Shown here piece by piece: positions 9,917 through 20,275 of a DNA stretch of 59,177 bases. The stretch comes from Fidelibacterota bacterium. Lineage in GTDB: Bacteria; Fidelibacterota; Marinisomatia; Marinisomatales; JABMOV01. The stretch is from the NCBI GenBank assembly GCA_046861395.1, contig JBHHUC010000007.1:1-59177 (forward strand). Reading direction: 5' to 3'. A program made the translations under genes and the position numbers. Positions within the stretch are counted from its first letter, which is position 1, and each line of letters begins with the position of its first letter. Under the pieces are notes generated by a model. It was not told the origin of the DNA. It saw only the letters and a list, made by a program, of their open reading frames with translations, and did no database searches.

Positions 9917-10085
9917 AAAAGGCCTGAATCTAAACCGAAGGAGAACCGGAACGGCACTATCTCATGGTATATAGATCTGGCAGAAATAGGGTACAGGTTG
10001 TCATGGGATGCCGCCGATTTGACAAGGAAAAACCGAATGGGATACATGGCACGTTCTCTGCTTTAATGGGAGAAGAAAAAAAGGA

Positions 10086-12188
10086 GTGAATATGAATCAA
10101 AATATGACCATGAATCCGGAACAGGGAGTTGATGCCATCAAAGCCTACGGCATCAACCTGACGAATTTGGCAAAACGGGGAAAAATTGACCCGGTCATAG
10201 GCCGGGATGAGGAAATCAGGCGCATTGTACAGATATTATCTCGCCGGACCAAGAATAATCCTGTACTGATCGGAGAACCGGGAACGGGAAAGACTACCGT
10301 CGTGGAAGGTCTGGCCAAACGTATTGTGGAAGGGGATGTCCCGGAAAACATGAAGAATAAACAGGTGGTAACGCTGGACATCAGTGCCATGATTGCCGGG
10401 GCTTCGTACCGGGGACAATTTGAAGACCGGTTAAAGAATTTCATCAAGCAGGTCGTAGAAAGCGACGGAGAAATCATCGTATTTATCGATGAATTGCATA
10501 TGATTGTGGGCGCCGGCGGAATGGAAGGGCAAATGGATTTATCCAACATGATCAAACCGGAGCTAGCCCGGGGCCGAATGAAAGTCGTTGGGGCTACGAC
10601 GTTGAATGAATACCAGAAATACATTGAAAAAGATGCCGCCCTGGAACGCCGGTTCCAACTGGTGTATATTGCTGAACCCACCGTAGAGGATACTATTACA
10701 ATCCTGCGAGGGATCAAGGATCGCTATGAACTGCATCATGGTCTGCACATCAAGGATGCTGCCTTGATCGCTGCTGCGACCCTGTCCCAACGCTACATCA
10801 CCGATCGTTTCCTGCCGGATAAAGCGGTCGATCTGATGGATGAAGCTGCTTCAAAAATCCGCATGGAAATGAATTCGGCTCCCGCTGCCATCGATGATTT
10901 GCGGCGACGCATATTACATCTGGAAGTGGAACGAGAAGCGTTAAAACGGGAAAAGGATTCTCGATCAAAGCAGTGTTTGCAGGAAGTCAATGAATCCCTG
11001 AAGAAGAACAACCGGGAATTGCAGGACCTGACCCTTGTCTGGGAAGAAGAAAAAAAGACTGTACAGAATATTCAGCGCCTGAAAGAAAAGCAGGATCAGC
11101 TAAGGAAAAAAGCCGAAATGACCCAGCGTGACGGAAATTTTCAGATGTCGGCCAAAATCCTGTATGATGAAATTCCCCGGCTGGAAAAGGAAATTGATGC
11201 TGCCACCGAAACCATGAAAAACAACCGCTTTGTCAAATTGGAAGTAGACATGGAAGATGTGGCGGATATTGTTTCCAAATGGACTGGGATTCCAGTATCG
11301 AAGGTCATGGCCGGTGAAAAGGAACGCCTCCTACATCTTGAAGAAAAATTGAAGGAACGGGTCCTGGGACAGGATCAGGCCCTGAAACGAGTTTCCGATG
11401 TTATCCGGATGTCCAAGTTGGGCGTATTGGACCAACATCGTCCTATTGGTTCCTTTCTCTTCATGGGAAATACAGGTGTGGGAAAAACCGAATTGGCCAA
11501 ATCCCTGGCGGAATTATTGTTTGACAGTGACAAAGCGCTGATTCGTCTCGATATGAGTGAATTCATGGAAGCCCATTCTGTGTCGAAAATGATCGGGAGT
11601 CCGCCGGGCTACGTGGGCTATAATGAAGGAGGACATTTAACCGAAAAAATTCGTCGCCGTCCCTATGCCGTCATCCTGTTGGATGAAGTGGAAAAGGCCC
11701 ATCCGGCGGTCCTGAATATTTTGTTGCAAATTCTGGATGACGGACGGTTGACCGATGCCAAGGGACGCACCGTGAATTTTTCCAATACCATCGTAATCAT
11801 GACATCCAATATGAAACGGGAAGAGTTGTCGTCTGTCATGCGCCCGGAATTGATAAACCGTATCGATGAAATCCTGATGTTCAATGATCTGGATCAGACG
11901 ATTATCAGAGATATCGTTACTCTCCACCTGAACAGGGTCATTGCCAATCTGAAACACCAGGACATTTTATTGGAAACAGATACGGCTGTCCATGATTACA
12001 TTGTCCAAAACGGATATGACCCAACCTACGGTGCGCGGCCGATTCGTCGGATCATCCGGCGGGAGCTGTTGGCCAGGCTGTCCATCGCCATGCTGGAACA
12101 CTCGGAAAACAATCGCTTTCGTGTCACGGTACGGGAAGGAGAGAGTATTACCGTCATGCCTGTTCAGGCGGATACACTGGCAGCCTGA
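10086..12188 (+). CDS. clpB: ClpB-like AAA+ disaggregase lacking the N-terminal domain
   Basis: DPVIGRDEE, Walker A GEPGTGKT and GNTGVGKT, coiled-coil M domain, GSPPGYVGY pore loop. Starts about 20 aa before NBD1. Confidence 0.9.
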   Translation: MNMNQNMTMNPEQGVDAIKAYGINLTNLAKRGKIDPVIGRDEEIRRIVQILSRRTKNNPVLIGEPGTGKTTVVEGLAKRIVEGDVPENMKNKQVVTLDISAMIAGASYRGQFEDRLKNFIKQVVESDGEIIVFIDELHMIVGAGGMEGQMDLSNMIKPELARGRMKVVGATTLNEYQKYIEKDAALERRFQLVYIAEPTVEDTITILRGIKDRYELHHGLHIKDAALIAAATLSQRYITDRFLPDKAVDLMDEAASKIRMEMNSAPAAIDDLRRRILHLEVEREALKREKDSRSKQCLQEVNESLKKNNRELQDLTLVWEEEKKTVQNIQRLKEKQDQLRKKAEMTQRDGNFQMSAKILYDEIPRLEKEIDAATETMKNNRFVKLEVDMEDVADIVSKWTGIPVSKVMAGEKERLLHLEEKLKERVLGQDQALKRVSDVIRMSKLGVLDQHRPIGSFLFMGNTGVGKTELAKSLAELLFDSDKALIRLDMSEFMEAHSVSKMIGSPPGYVGYNEGGHLTEKIRRRPYAVILLDEVEKAHPAVLNILLQILDDGRLTDAKGRTVNFSNTIVIMTSNMKREELSSVMRPELINRIDEILMFNDLDQTIIRDIVTLHLNRVIANLKHQDILLETDTAVHDYIVQNGYDPTYGARPIRRIIRRELLARLSIAMLEHSENNRFRVTVREGESITVMPVQADTLAA

Positions 12189-12227
12189 TGAAGTTCTGCC
12201 TAAATTTATCGGTCAATTCCAACAGGA

Positions 12228-12743
12228 GTGACCCGTATGAAAGAACTTTATCTCGTGCGACATGCCAAATCAAGCTGGACCAGCGCCGCCGCCACCGATT
12301 TTGACCGGCCACTGAATTCCCGGGGACATAAATCGGCCCCCTTTATGGCCGGTCTCCTGCGACAGCGTTTCATCCAGCCCGACCTATTTATCAGTTCCCC
12401 GGCCAACCGGGCCTTAACCACGGCCCGGTATTTTATTTCCGCTTGGGAAGGCCAACCGGAAGACGTTCAACAGGATAATCGTTTATATCCCGGAAGTGCA
12501 GCAAGCATCCTGGCCGTTGTGCGCGATATCCCCGACCGATATGATCGGGTGATGTTGTTTGGCCATAACCCCGGTATGACAGCCGTCGTGAATCAACTGG
12601 GACAAGAACAAATTCCCAATTTGCCGACGGCCGGTGTGGCCGGTTTCACCTTGTCTGGCGATCATTGGTGTGACGTCCTACAGCTGGAACGGAAGCTGAT
12701 TGTACTGGAATTTCCCAAAACATATAAACAGGAGTGGATATGA
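12228..12743 (+). CDS. SixA-like histidine phosphatase
   Basis: LVRHAKSSW, DFDRPL, SSPA.RA..TA, GHNP. Confidence 0.92.
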   Translation: MTRMKELYLVRHAKSSWTSAAATDFDRPLNSRGHKSAPFMAGLLRQRFIQPDLFISSPANRALTTARYFISAWEGQPEDVQQDNRLYPGSAASILAVVRDIPDRYDRVMLFGHNPGMTAVVNQLGQEQIPNLPTAGVAGFTLSGDHWCDVLQLERKLIVLEFPKTYKQEWI

Positions 12744-14086
12744 AACCGGTTGAACCCTTTCCCCTGGAAGTCCAGAAACGTGATGGTCGGGTCGTACCGT
12801 TTGATCAAAATCGGATTACCAACGCCATATACAAGGCGGCGGCTTCGCTGGGAGGACATGACAAGAGGAGAGCCCGGCAGATATCCGATGAAGTAGTATA
12901 TACCCTGTTTCATCAGTTTCCCGTGGGAACGACGCCTTCGGTGGAGGATATTCAGGATATTGTGGAACGGATCCTCATTGAAAACGGTCATGCCAGTACG
13001 GCCAAGGCATTCATTCTTTACCGGGACTATCGCACGCGGGAACGACAACGAATCAAACGGCAGAAATCCATGTTACTGCCATACCCGCTCATGTATGAAG
13101 CCCTGCGCTGGAATACCGTTCATGGTTGCGATACAATTGCCGGATTGAATGCGATTATCCGCTCCGGTGATTTGCCGTCTCTGGTGGGGGAGGCCGATGA
13201 CCATTATAATGAGAGTATCGAAAAAGCGGCGGATACCATTCTGGATATCCATGAAAAAATTCGCTTGATCATTATTGCCGGTCCCTCTTCATCTGGAAAA
13301 TCTACTACAACCGCCAAACTGGCCCAGGCCCTGACCGACCGGGGGTTAAAAACCACCCTATTGAATCTGGATCATTATTTCTTCAACCTGGAAGATCATC
13401 CCAGGGATGAATTCGGTGATTATGATTTTGAGACACCCGAAGCCTTGGATCTTAACCTGATCAATCAGCATCTGAAAGCGCTGATTGCCGGTGAAACTAT
13501 CCGTACGCCCCGCTATGATTTCAAGGTAGGGAAACGCTATCCGGATGGTAAAACCGTCCGGATTGCGGAGGATGAACTCATATTGCTGGACACCCTACAT
13601 GGCCTCTATCCACAGATGACGGCGGATATCGACGAGGAAACTAAATTCAAACTTTACATCGAAACCATTTCCCAGATACGGGATCAATCCGATCGTTTTG
13701 TTCGCTGGACCGATATTCGCTTGTTACGCCGGATGGTGCGGGATGCTTCTCAACGGGGATACGCCCCGTTGCAGACAGTGGGGCACTGGCATTATGTCCG
13801 CCGTAGTGAATTGAAACACATCATTCCCCATGTGGGATCCGTCGATTTTCAGATCAATGGCTCCCTGCCCTATGATTTGCCAGTACTGAAACAGGTTATT
13901 GATCCCTATTTCGGGGAGATTATAGCCGCGTTAAGTAAGCAGTCGGAACGAGAAGATGCCCTGATCCGGGCCCGGCGGGTTCATGGTTTATTGAACCAGG
14001 TAGACCCCTTCGGTGATCTCAACATTATTCCAGACACTTCACTTGTTCGGGAGTTTATTGGCGGCAGTCGCTATAGTCTACATTAA
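12734..14086 (+). CDS. ATP-cone domain fused to a uridine-kinase/PRK-like P-loop domain
   Basis: VQKRDGRVVPFD..RI..AI.KA...VEDIQD.VE..L.......AKAFILYR, then AGPSSSGKST, DFETPEALD, RLLRRMVRD. Confidence 0.88.
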   Translation: MDMKPVEPFPLEVQKRDGRVVPFDQNRITNAIYKAAASLGGHDKRRARQISDEVVYTLFHQFPVGTTPSVEDIQDIVERILIENGHASTAKAFILYRDYRTRERQRIKRQKSMLLPYPLMYEALRWNTVHGCDTIAGLNAIIRSGDLPSLVGEADDHYNESIEKAADTILDIHEKIRLIIIAGPSSSGKSTTTAKLAQALTDRGLKTTLLNLDHYFFNLEDHPRDEFGDYDFETPEALDLNLINQHLKALIAGETIRTPRYDFKVGKRYPDGKTVRIAEDELILLDTLHGLYPQMTADIDEETKFKLYIETISQIRDQSDRFVRWTDIRLLRRMVRDASQRGYAPLQTVGHWHYVRRSELKHIIPHVGSVDFQINGSLPYDLPVLKQVIDPYFGEIIAALSKQSEREDALIRARRVHGLLNQVDPFGDLNIIPDTSLVREFIGGSRYSLH

Positions 14087-14107
14087 TGAGATTCTTTGTC
14101 CTGAACC

Positions 14108-15679
14108 TTAATTCTTAGCTGGAATCTTGTCCATGATATATTCTGCCAGGGCAGTGATCGTCAGACTGGGGTTGACGCCGAGGTTAACGGGTATGATGGA
14201 CCCGTCAATGACATATAAATTATCATAGCCATGAATTTTCCCGGAAAAATCAATCACGCCTTTTTCGGGAGATTCCGCCATGACACAACCGCCAAGAATA
14301 TGTGCCGTGGAAGAAGTATCGAACAGGACTTCCGGCAAAATACTGAATGCTTCTCCGTCAATTTTTTCTGCAATCATGGTGGCATATTGATTTGCCACCG
14401 GAATATATGAAGGTACCTTTTTCTTCGTATTCCAATTGGAGTTCAGGGAAGATTTCCCCAGGCGCCACCACCGGGGCCGGTAATTAAGCGTTAAATAATT
14501 GTCCAGCGATTGCATCACCAGTAAAATGACGGTGCGATGCGCCCAGGCCAAAGGGTTCAGGGACCGGATAAACCGTAATGGATGCCGAATAATGCTAAGC
14601 AGAAAGAGCAGAGGGCGGGGTAGTACCGGATGTCCGCCCACCAAAATAGTAGCCAGGCTGGACATGGAATCTTGACCCTTACCGTAGCGAACCGCCTCAA
14701 TATGGGTTTGGTCGTCGGGATAGATGCCGGAAGTAATGGCCAGCCCATGGGAATAATCCACATCCCTGCGACGGGTGCGGGCTCCCACCAGTGCTTCGCT
14801 GTTGGTGCGCACTCTATGTCCCAGTCGATCAGAAATTCGGGCCAAAGTACCGGATTGTTTGCAATGAAACAGCAGACGGGTCGTTCCCAGAACACCGGCC
14901 GAAAAAATAATGCCTCTGGCCTGATAGGTATTTTGGGGATGACGGAAGCCTGTGACCTGTCGGGTTCGCACCAGGTAGATGTCGTCCCGATGTTCCACTG
15001 TAGTGACCCGGGTTTCAGGCAGGATTTCGACCCCGAGTTTTTCCGCCAGGTAAAGGTAATTTTTATCCAGCGTGTTTTTCGCTCCAACCCGGCATCCCAC
15101 CATGCAGCCGCCACAGAATGTGCACCCGGTACGTTCCGGTCCTTCACCATCGAAATAGGGATCGGGTACGGTCGTATCCGGGTCGCCGAAATAGACACCG
15201 ACATCATTGACATGGAAGGTGTCACCGCGACTCAGGTCGGCGGCGCATTCCTTCAGGATCTCATCTGTCTCGGCAATGGTTTCACATGGTGTGGCTCCCA
15301 GCATGTGCTGAGCCCGGCGATAAAAAGGAGTAAGCGTTTTTTTTGTGTCGGGGATTCCCCACCGGGGATCATCTAATACATCATCCGGCGGGACCAGGAG
15401 ATTATTGGCGTACACTAGGCTACCACCACCCACGCCAGCACCGTGGAGAATAAAGACATCTTTCAGGAGCGTCATGGCCTGAATACCGTATAATCCCAAC
15501 CGCGGCCACCAGAAATATTTACGCAAGTTCCAGTTTGTTTTGGGAAAATCTCTGGTCCGGTACCGTTTCCCTTGTTCGATGACCAAAACAGAGTATCCTT
15601 TTTCCGCCAGTCGCAGGGCAGACACCGAACCGCCGAAGCCCGAACCGACGATGATATAATCGTAAACAGGGGTATCCAT
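14108..15679 (-). CDS. GMC oxidoreductase, cholesterol-oxidase (ChoD)-like
   Basis: GSGFGGSVSALRLAEKGY, GVGGGSLVYAN, CxxCGGCMVGC..GAKNTLDKNYL, AHILGG, NLGVNPSLTI. Confidence 0.92.
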   Translation of the reverse strand: MDTPVYDYIIVGSGFGGSVSALRLAEKGYSVLVIEQGKRYRTRDFPKTNWNLRKYFWWPRLGLYGIQAMTLLKDVFILHGAGVGGGSLVYANNLLVPPDDVLDDPRWGIPDTKKTLTPFYRRAQHMLGATPCETIAETDEILKECAADLSRGDTFHVNDVGVYFGDPDTTVPDPYFDGEGPERTGCTFCGGCMVGCRVGAKNTLDKNYLYLAEKLGVEILPETRVTTVEHRDDIYLVRTRQVTGFRHPQNTYQARGIIFSAGVLGTTRLLFHCKQSGTLARISDRLGHRVRTNSEALVGARTRRRDVDYSHGLAITSGIYPDDQTHIEAVRYGKGQDSMSSLATILVGGHPVLPRPLLFLLSIIRHPLRFIRSLNPLAWAHRTVILLVMQSLDNYLTLNYRPRWWRLGKSSLNSNWNTKKKVPSYIPVANQYATMIAEKIDGEAFSILPEVLFDTSSTAHILGGCVMAESPEKGVIDFSGKIHGYDNLYVIDGSIIPVNLGVNPSLTITALAEYIMDKIPAKN

Positions 15680-15877
15680 GGCAGAAAATACAACGAAAAA
15701 TCATGGTAAGGTTAAAATTGATAGGTCCTTTTCGTCGTTGTCCGGTGGTAGTCTGATTTGTATGTGCGTAGGCTCACCAAAGGCGAAAATCTAGTTTTTT
15801 GAAAGGAATTGCGATAGTACTTTCCCCCTTGCAGCAACCTTATTTTGGCTCAAATTACCCAGCCATCAGGAGAAATT

Positions 15878-17104
15878 ATGAGGAAATTCGTACTCTACTT
15901 GTTCTGCGCCTGTTTCATTAGCGCACAATCATCGGCACCCGTTAGCCTGGATGTCGTCATCACACCCTATGTGACTTATTATTTAAGTTCCATCGACTTG
16001 AATACCGGAAGTTCCAATGTACCGATTTTTCAGGCCACATTGACAAACGAGAATAGCCCGGACAGTGTTCAGGCCATCATCGAATTCGAGATCAGGATTG
16101 ATTCAGATTTCCTTGATATGCACAATGATATCCTGGTTCGCATGGACACTGACCCATTTTATTTCCAGAATGACGTTATCCTCTCCAACCTGGATATGAC
16201 ATTGGATACTCGCGAGATATATGATGTGACGGGGGAAAAAGTCAATTTCCGTGTGAATATTCTGGAACAGATCGATCTGGCACGGGCCGATGCCTTGTTT
16301 AATTCAGTGGTTCAGTCCGGGAGGTTACCGGACGGCAATTATAGTTTTACAGTGTCGATCTATAACGGAGATGGTTCCGGTGAATTATGGGATCAGACCC
16401 AGGAAACGATCAGTATTACCACCCCGACTTATTTACAGCTCATATCTCCGGGAGGATTCCTGGCCGATACGACTTTGAATGAAGTATACACCAGTTATCC
16501 GGTCATGCAATGGGAATCCGACCCCTGCAATGTTCCTGAAGGCTGTAATTATTATATCCGAGTGGCTGAATTTGATTCCGGGGTTCATTCAACCGTCGAA
16601 GAAGCCATTGAATCCACAACCCGCCTACCGCTGGATCAAACACAGGGTTGGTTCCTCGTCGGGTCCGGCATTACTTCATTTCAGTATCCGGCAAATGATG
16701 CTGGGGAACTGGAACAGGGCAAAGTATATGTCTGGCAAATCCTGAAGGTGATGGGTACTACCGCAGGGTATGATGGTGTATTAAGTGAAATCTTTGCCTT
16801 TAAAGTGAAGGATTTCAGTGCCGGTGGTGACGGACAGACTTCCGCTGGCGGACAAACGGGCACCACTGATCCAGCCACTATCACCCTCCAATCCATCATA
16901 GGTGATGACCAATTCAACACCTTTTTCGGTCCCGGTGGGCCGGCCAACGGTTATTCGCTGAGCGGTAATTTCACCATCGATGGCATTGCGGTTGATCTTT
17001 CCCAGATTCAATCCCTGCTCACGCAGGGTGTGCCGGAAACGGATTCAACCGGTATAACAACTTACCACCCCATGACCATATTATCAGTAGAGGTATCGGA
17101 ATGA
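15878..17104 (+). CDS. Secreted beta-rich hypothetical protein (TANFOR/DUF928-like architecture)
   Basis: RBS AGGAG before ATG 15878 and a signal peptide. G.LP.G.Y.F.V, LISP, P..QW, SFQYP...LE.GK.YVWQI...SEIF.F pattern. Confidence 0.65.
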   Translation: MRKFVLYLFCACFISAQSSAPVSLDVVITPYVTYYLSSIDLNTGSSNVPIFQATLTNENSPDSVQAIIEFEIRIDSDFLDMHNDILVRMDTDPFYFQNDVILSNLDMTLDTREIYDVTGEKVNFRVNILEQIDLARADALFNSVVQSGRLPDGNYSFTVSIYNGDGSGELWDQTQETISITTPTYLQLISPGGFLADTTLNEVYTSYPVMQWESDPCNVPEGCNYYIRVAEFDSGVHSTVEEAIESTTRLPLDQTQGWFLVGSGITSFQYPANDAGELEQGKVYVWQILKVMGTTAGYDGVLSEIFAFKVKDFSAGGDGQTSAGGQTGTTDPATITLQSIIGDDQFNTFFGPGGPANGYSLSGNFTIDGIAVDLSQIQSLLTQGVPETDSTGITTYHPMTILSVEVSE

Positions 17105-17778
17105 AAAAAGGGCTCTTTATTGCATTACTCCTGACCTACATAATGGCAGCCGGCAAGGTGGCAATTACCGTTAAAGCATCAGGCGATGTAACACATATTC
17201 ATGCCGATAAATCACCGGCTACACCGTTAAAACTGGGGACCGGAATGGCCAATGAAGATGTGATTCAAACTGGTAAGGACGGCTTTGCCGTGGCCATGTA
17301 CCTCGATGATAAGACAACGGTAAAAGTCAGGGAAAATTCGGAATTTCTCATTGGCGGCGTCCGTACGGAAAAAGGTATAAACAAACGGGTTTCCATCAGT
17401 TATGGAACTATGATGGCTGATGTATCAAAACAAAAAGGGAAAGAATTCATCGTAGCGACACCCACCTCAGTGGCATCGGTAAAGGGAACAGAAATTGTCG
17501 TTGTCTCAGATCCTGTCCTCGGTGACTTATTCATTACTTTGGTGGGAACTATTGTTGTTACCAACAGCACTTCCGGCGATACGACATCGGTCAGTGCCGG
17601 TCAATCAGCCAATTCTACACCTGATGGTAGCCTGGACGTCAGCCAGACGAATGAAGGCGATATCCCCGACTTCGATGAGGATACCGGCGATCAGGATGAA
17701 GGCAGCAGTCATGAACTTCGCTTTGAAATTGAAGATATCAATGGCAACATGAAAGAAATCATTATTCAGTATCAATAA
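17101..17778 (+). CDS. Secreted stand-alone FecR-domain protein
   Basis: Signal peptide. D.I.TG.DG.A....D...V.V.ENS and F.V.TP..VA.VKGT. Confidence 0.85.
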   Translation: MKKGLFIALLLTYIMAAGKVAITVKASGDVTHIHADKSPATPLKLGTGMANEDVIQTGKDGFAVAMYLDDKTTVKVRENSEFLIGGVRTEKGINKRVSISYGTMMADVSKQKGKEFIVATPTSVASVKGTEIVVVSDPVLGDLFITLVGTIVVTNSTSGDTTSVSAGQSANSTPDGSLDVSQTNEGDIPDFDEDTGDQDEGSSHELRFEIEDINGNMKEIIIQYQ

Positions 17779-17831
17779 TCCGAACTTGGATTGATTCAAA
17801 TTACATCCAACCTGTTAGCTGGAGTAACGCA

Positions 17832-20144
17832 ATGACAAGATTTATGCGAACACTGTTCATCTTTATGTTAGGCTGGGCCGCCGTGACGGTACAGGCCCAA
17901 TCCATTCTCGTATTTAGTCCCGAACCTGGTTCCACCGTACTAAAAAATGAAGTACTGATTGCGGCTTCCCTGTTTGATCTGGGTGGCGTTGATCCGAGTC
18001 GGGTTCACCTGTTTCTTGATGATGTCGAAATCAGTAACCGTGCCGAGATTGATTCGGATATGCTCAGCTATGCTCCGGCCCTATTGAATCCGGGTAAGCA
18101 TAAAGTCCGGATTATGGTTATTCGAGACGGCAGTGAACCGATCGAAGAGAAATGGTCGTTTGATGTTGCCGGAAAGAAACGATTTGCGGATCAGGTGGAA
18201 TGGAACGGAAAAGTCACTTCAGGCTATCGCCTAGACCAATTGGACAACAGTGAATTGTCAGTTGGAACGGTCGGACTCTCAATGCGTGGCACCATTTATG
18301 ATAAACTGCGCTTTCAAACCAATATCAAAATGGCTTCTGATGAAGATCCCTTGTTACAGCCGCGGAACCGATATGGATTCAATCTCTCTTACAGTCGCTT
18401 TATTGATCTGGGCTTTGGCGATGTTAATCCCCGCCTGTCCCGCTTTACTGTTGACGGAAAAAGAGTGCGTGGTCTGGATCTGAATTTGAAACTGGGTGTC
18501 ATCAATTTCCACATGATCCAGGGGGAGCTCCTTCGGTCTGTGGAAGGTGGTATGGCGGCGAATGAATCCTATTCGATCAAACGCATGGCCGTGGAAGATT
18601 CTACCACGGTGATTGAGCTGAATCGAACAGGGTATACTTTCCGTCAGGATTTACTGGGAACCCGCCTGAGTTTCGGGGCCGGGGAAAATTTCCAGTGGGG
18701 TTTCAATTATATGAAAGTCAAGGATGCAATTAACAGTATAGACCCATTGCTCTATAAAGCCCGCATTGCATTTGATCGTGACACGCTGGGTATTGCAGCC
18801 GGGACTTATACACTGGAAGAATTACTCGCTCTGAACAGTACCGGGAACTATTCCATTGGCCTCCTGGATGGCACGGACTGGACCGGATCGGCCCCGCAGG
18901 ATAATGTTGTCCTGGGATCGGATATCGGATTTTATCTTGATCATAAAAAAGTATTGCTGGAGGGTGAAGTGGCCTTCAGTCTTTATAATAAAGACATCTG
19001 GGACGGTGCCTTATCCATTGCTGAGCTTGATACCATGCTGGATGACAGTGCCGACGGTTTCCTGAACGGTGAACTGGATTTGGGCATTATTCCCATTGAT
19101 CCCCGTGATATCGAAGATTTCTTTGTCATCGGTATCGGTATGATGCCATTGATTCCCATTGATCCGTCAGCCTTCAGTGACAGCAGTGATATCACCCTGG
19201 GCGAAGCGATACTGAATATGCCTTCGATGGCCTATCGCGGTCGGGCGAAACTGCAATATTTCGGACATTATTTCACCATGGAATATTCCCGGATCGGACC
19301 GGAATTCCGATCCCTGGGTAATCCTTATCTGCTTACAGGACAAAAAGAATATTCGATAAGTGACCGGATGCAATTTCTCAAAAACCGGGTCATGTTATCT
19401 CTGGAATACAGGCACCAGGACGATGATGTGCTGACATCAGTAGCCAATGTAACAACCCAAAATCGTCTCATGGCCAATATCACCATCATTCCGGGACCGG
19501 GCTTGCCCACCTTCACCATTGGTTACCGAAAAATTAATCGTGATAATGGAATCACTGAAATCGACTCAATCTTTAACTCGGTGGATTCGACCTGGACCAT
19601 TGGCGACAGTCGGGAAGAAACACAGACGGACAATATTACCGCCACGATCAACTATACCCTGGATGTGCTGGATGCCCGACATACACTGTTCGCAACCTAC
19701 GTCATGTTCAATAAGGCGGATCAGTACAGTGACAGGAATTATGATCCCAACTTTATTGATCCCGGTATCACTTCCAATGTTTTCAACATTACCTTGAATT
19801 CCAGATTCGGATTCCTGCCGTTGAAAACCAGTTTGAGCATCACCTCCAATACCAGCAATTTCAGTATCGGGCCGGGTGTCGCGGCCGAACAAAAGTTTAC
19901 CACCAGCAAACTGGAGGCGGAATATGGTCTGTTTAATAATAAACTGATTCTGCTGGGTGGTGGGAATTATATGAAAGGCGTAGGAACGGCCGACATTTCA
20001 CGACTGGGTATCCGGGCTGGTGTAAAGGTCAAATTAATAGAAGACTTGATCGCCAATTTAACCGTTGATCTGCGAAGTAAGACGACGAACGGAAAATCCA
20101 CCAGTGAGACATTGGCATTGGCCGGTCTATCTTATCTGTTTTAA
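17832..20144 (+). CDS. Outer-membrane beta-barrel protein with N-terminal Ig-like domain
   Basis: Signal peptide. GDVNP..SRFT..G.RVRG and IGP.FRSLGNPYL motifs, amphipathic strands, C-terminal LSYLF. Confidence 0.75.
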   Translation: MTRFMRTLFIFMLGWAAVTVQAQSILVFSPEPGSTVLKNEVLIAASLFDLGGVDPSRVHLFLDDVEISNRAEIDSDMLSYAPALLNPGKHKVRIMVIRDGSEPIEEKWSFDVAGKKRFADQVEWNGKVTSGYRLDQLDNSELSVGTVGLSMRGTIYDKLRFQTNIKMASDEDPLLQPRNRYGFNLSYSRFIDLGFGDVNPRLSRFTVDGKRVRGLDLNLKLGVINFHMIQGELLRSVEGGMAANESYSIKRMAVEDSTTVIELNRTGYTFRQDLLGTRLSFGAGENFQWGFNYMKVKDAINSIDPLLYKARIAFDRDTLGIAAGTYTLEELLALNSTGNYSIGLLDGTDWTGSAPQDNVVLGSDIGFYLDHKKVLLEGEVAFSLYNKDIWDGALSIAELDTMLDDSADGFLNGELDLGIIPIDPRDIEDFFVIGIGMMPLIPIDPSAFSDSSDITLGEAILNMPSMAYRGRAKLQYFGHYFTMEYSRIGPEFRSLGNPYLLTGQKEYSISDRMQFLKNRVMLSLEYRHQDDDVLTSVANVTTQNRLMANITIIPGPGLPTFTIGYRKINRDNGITEIDSIFNSVDSTWTIGDSREETQTDNITATINYTLDVLDARHTLFATYVMFNKADQYSDRNYDPNFIDPGITSNVFNITLNSRFGFLPLKTSLSITSNTSNFSIGPGVAAEQKFTTSKLEAEYGLFNNKLILLGGGNYMKGVGTADISRLGIRAGVKVKLIEDLIANLTVDLRSKTTNGKSTSETLALAGLSYLF

Positions 20145-20159
20145 GAATGAAAGTTCGGC

Positions 20160-20187
20160 AAAAAACGCCACTCCTGTGGCGTTTTTT
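20160..20187. terminator. Bidirectional intrinsic terminator
   Basis: AAAAAACGCCAC-TCCT-GTGGCGTTTTTT. Confidence 0.85.
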
Positions 20188-20275
20188 GTTTAAGAAAATT
20201 GAAGTTACAACAACGCAAAACGGATGTAATTTCCTTGCGAGTTTCCTCGCTCATTACACATAATCGGAGAAAATT

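Noticed and set aside
14557..15376. 222-aa (-) and 248-aa (+) ORFs inside the GMC oxidase
   Set aside because: Alternative-frame or antisense shadows without motifs.
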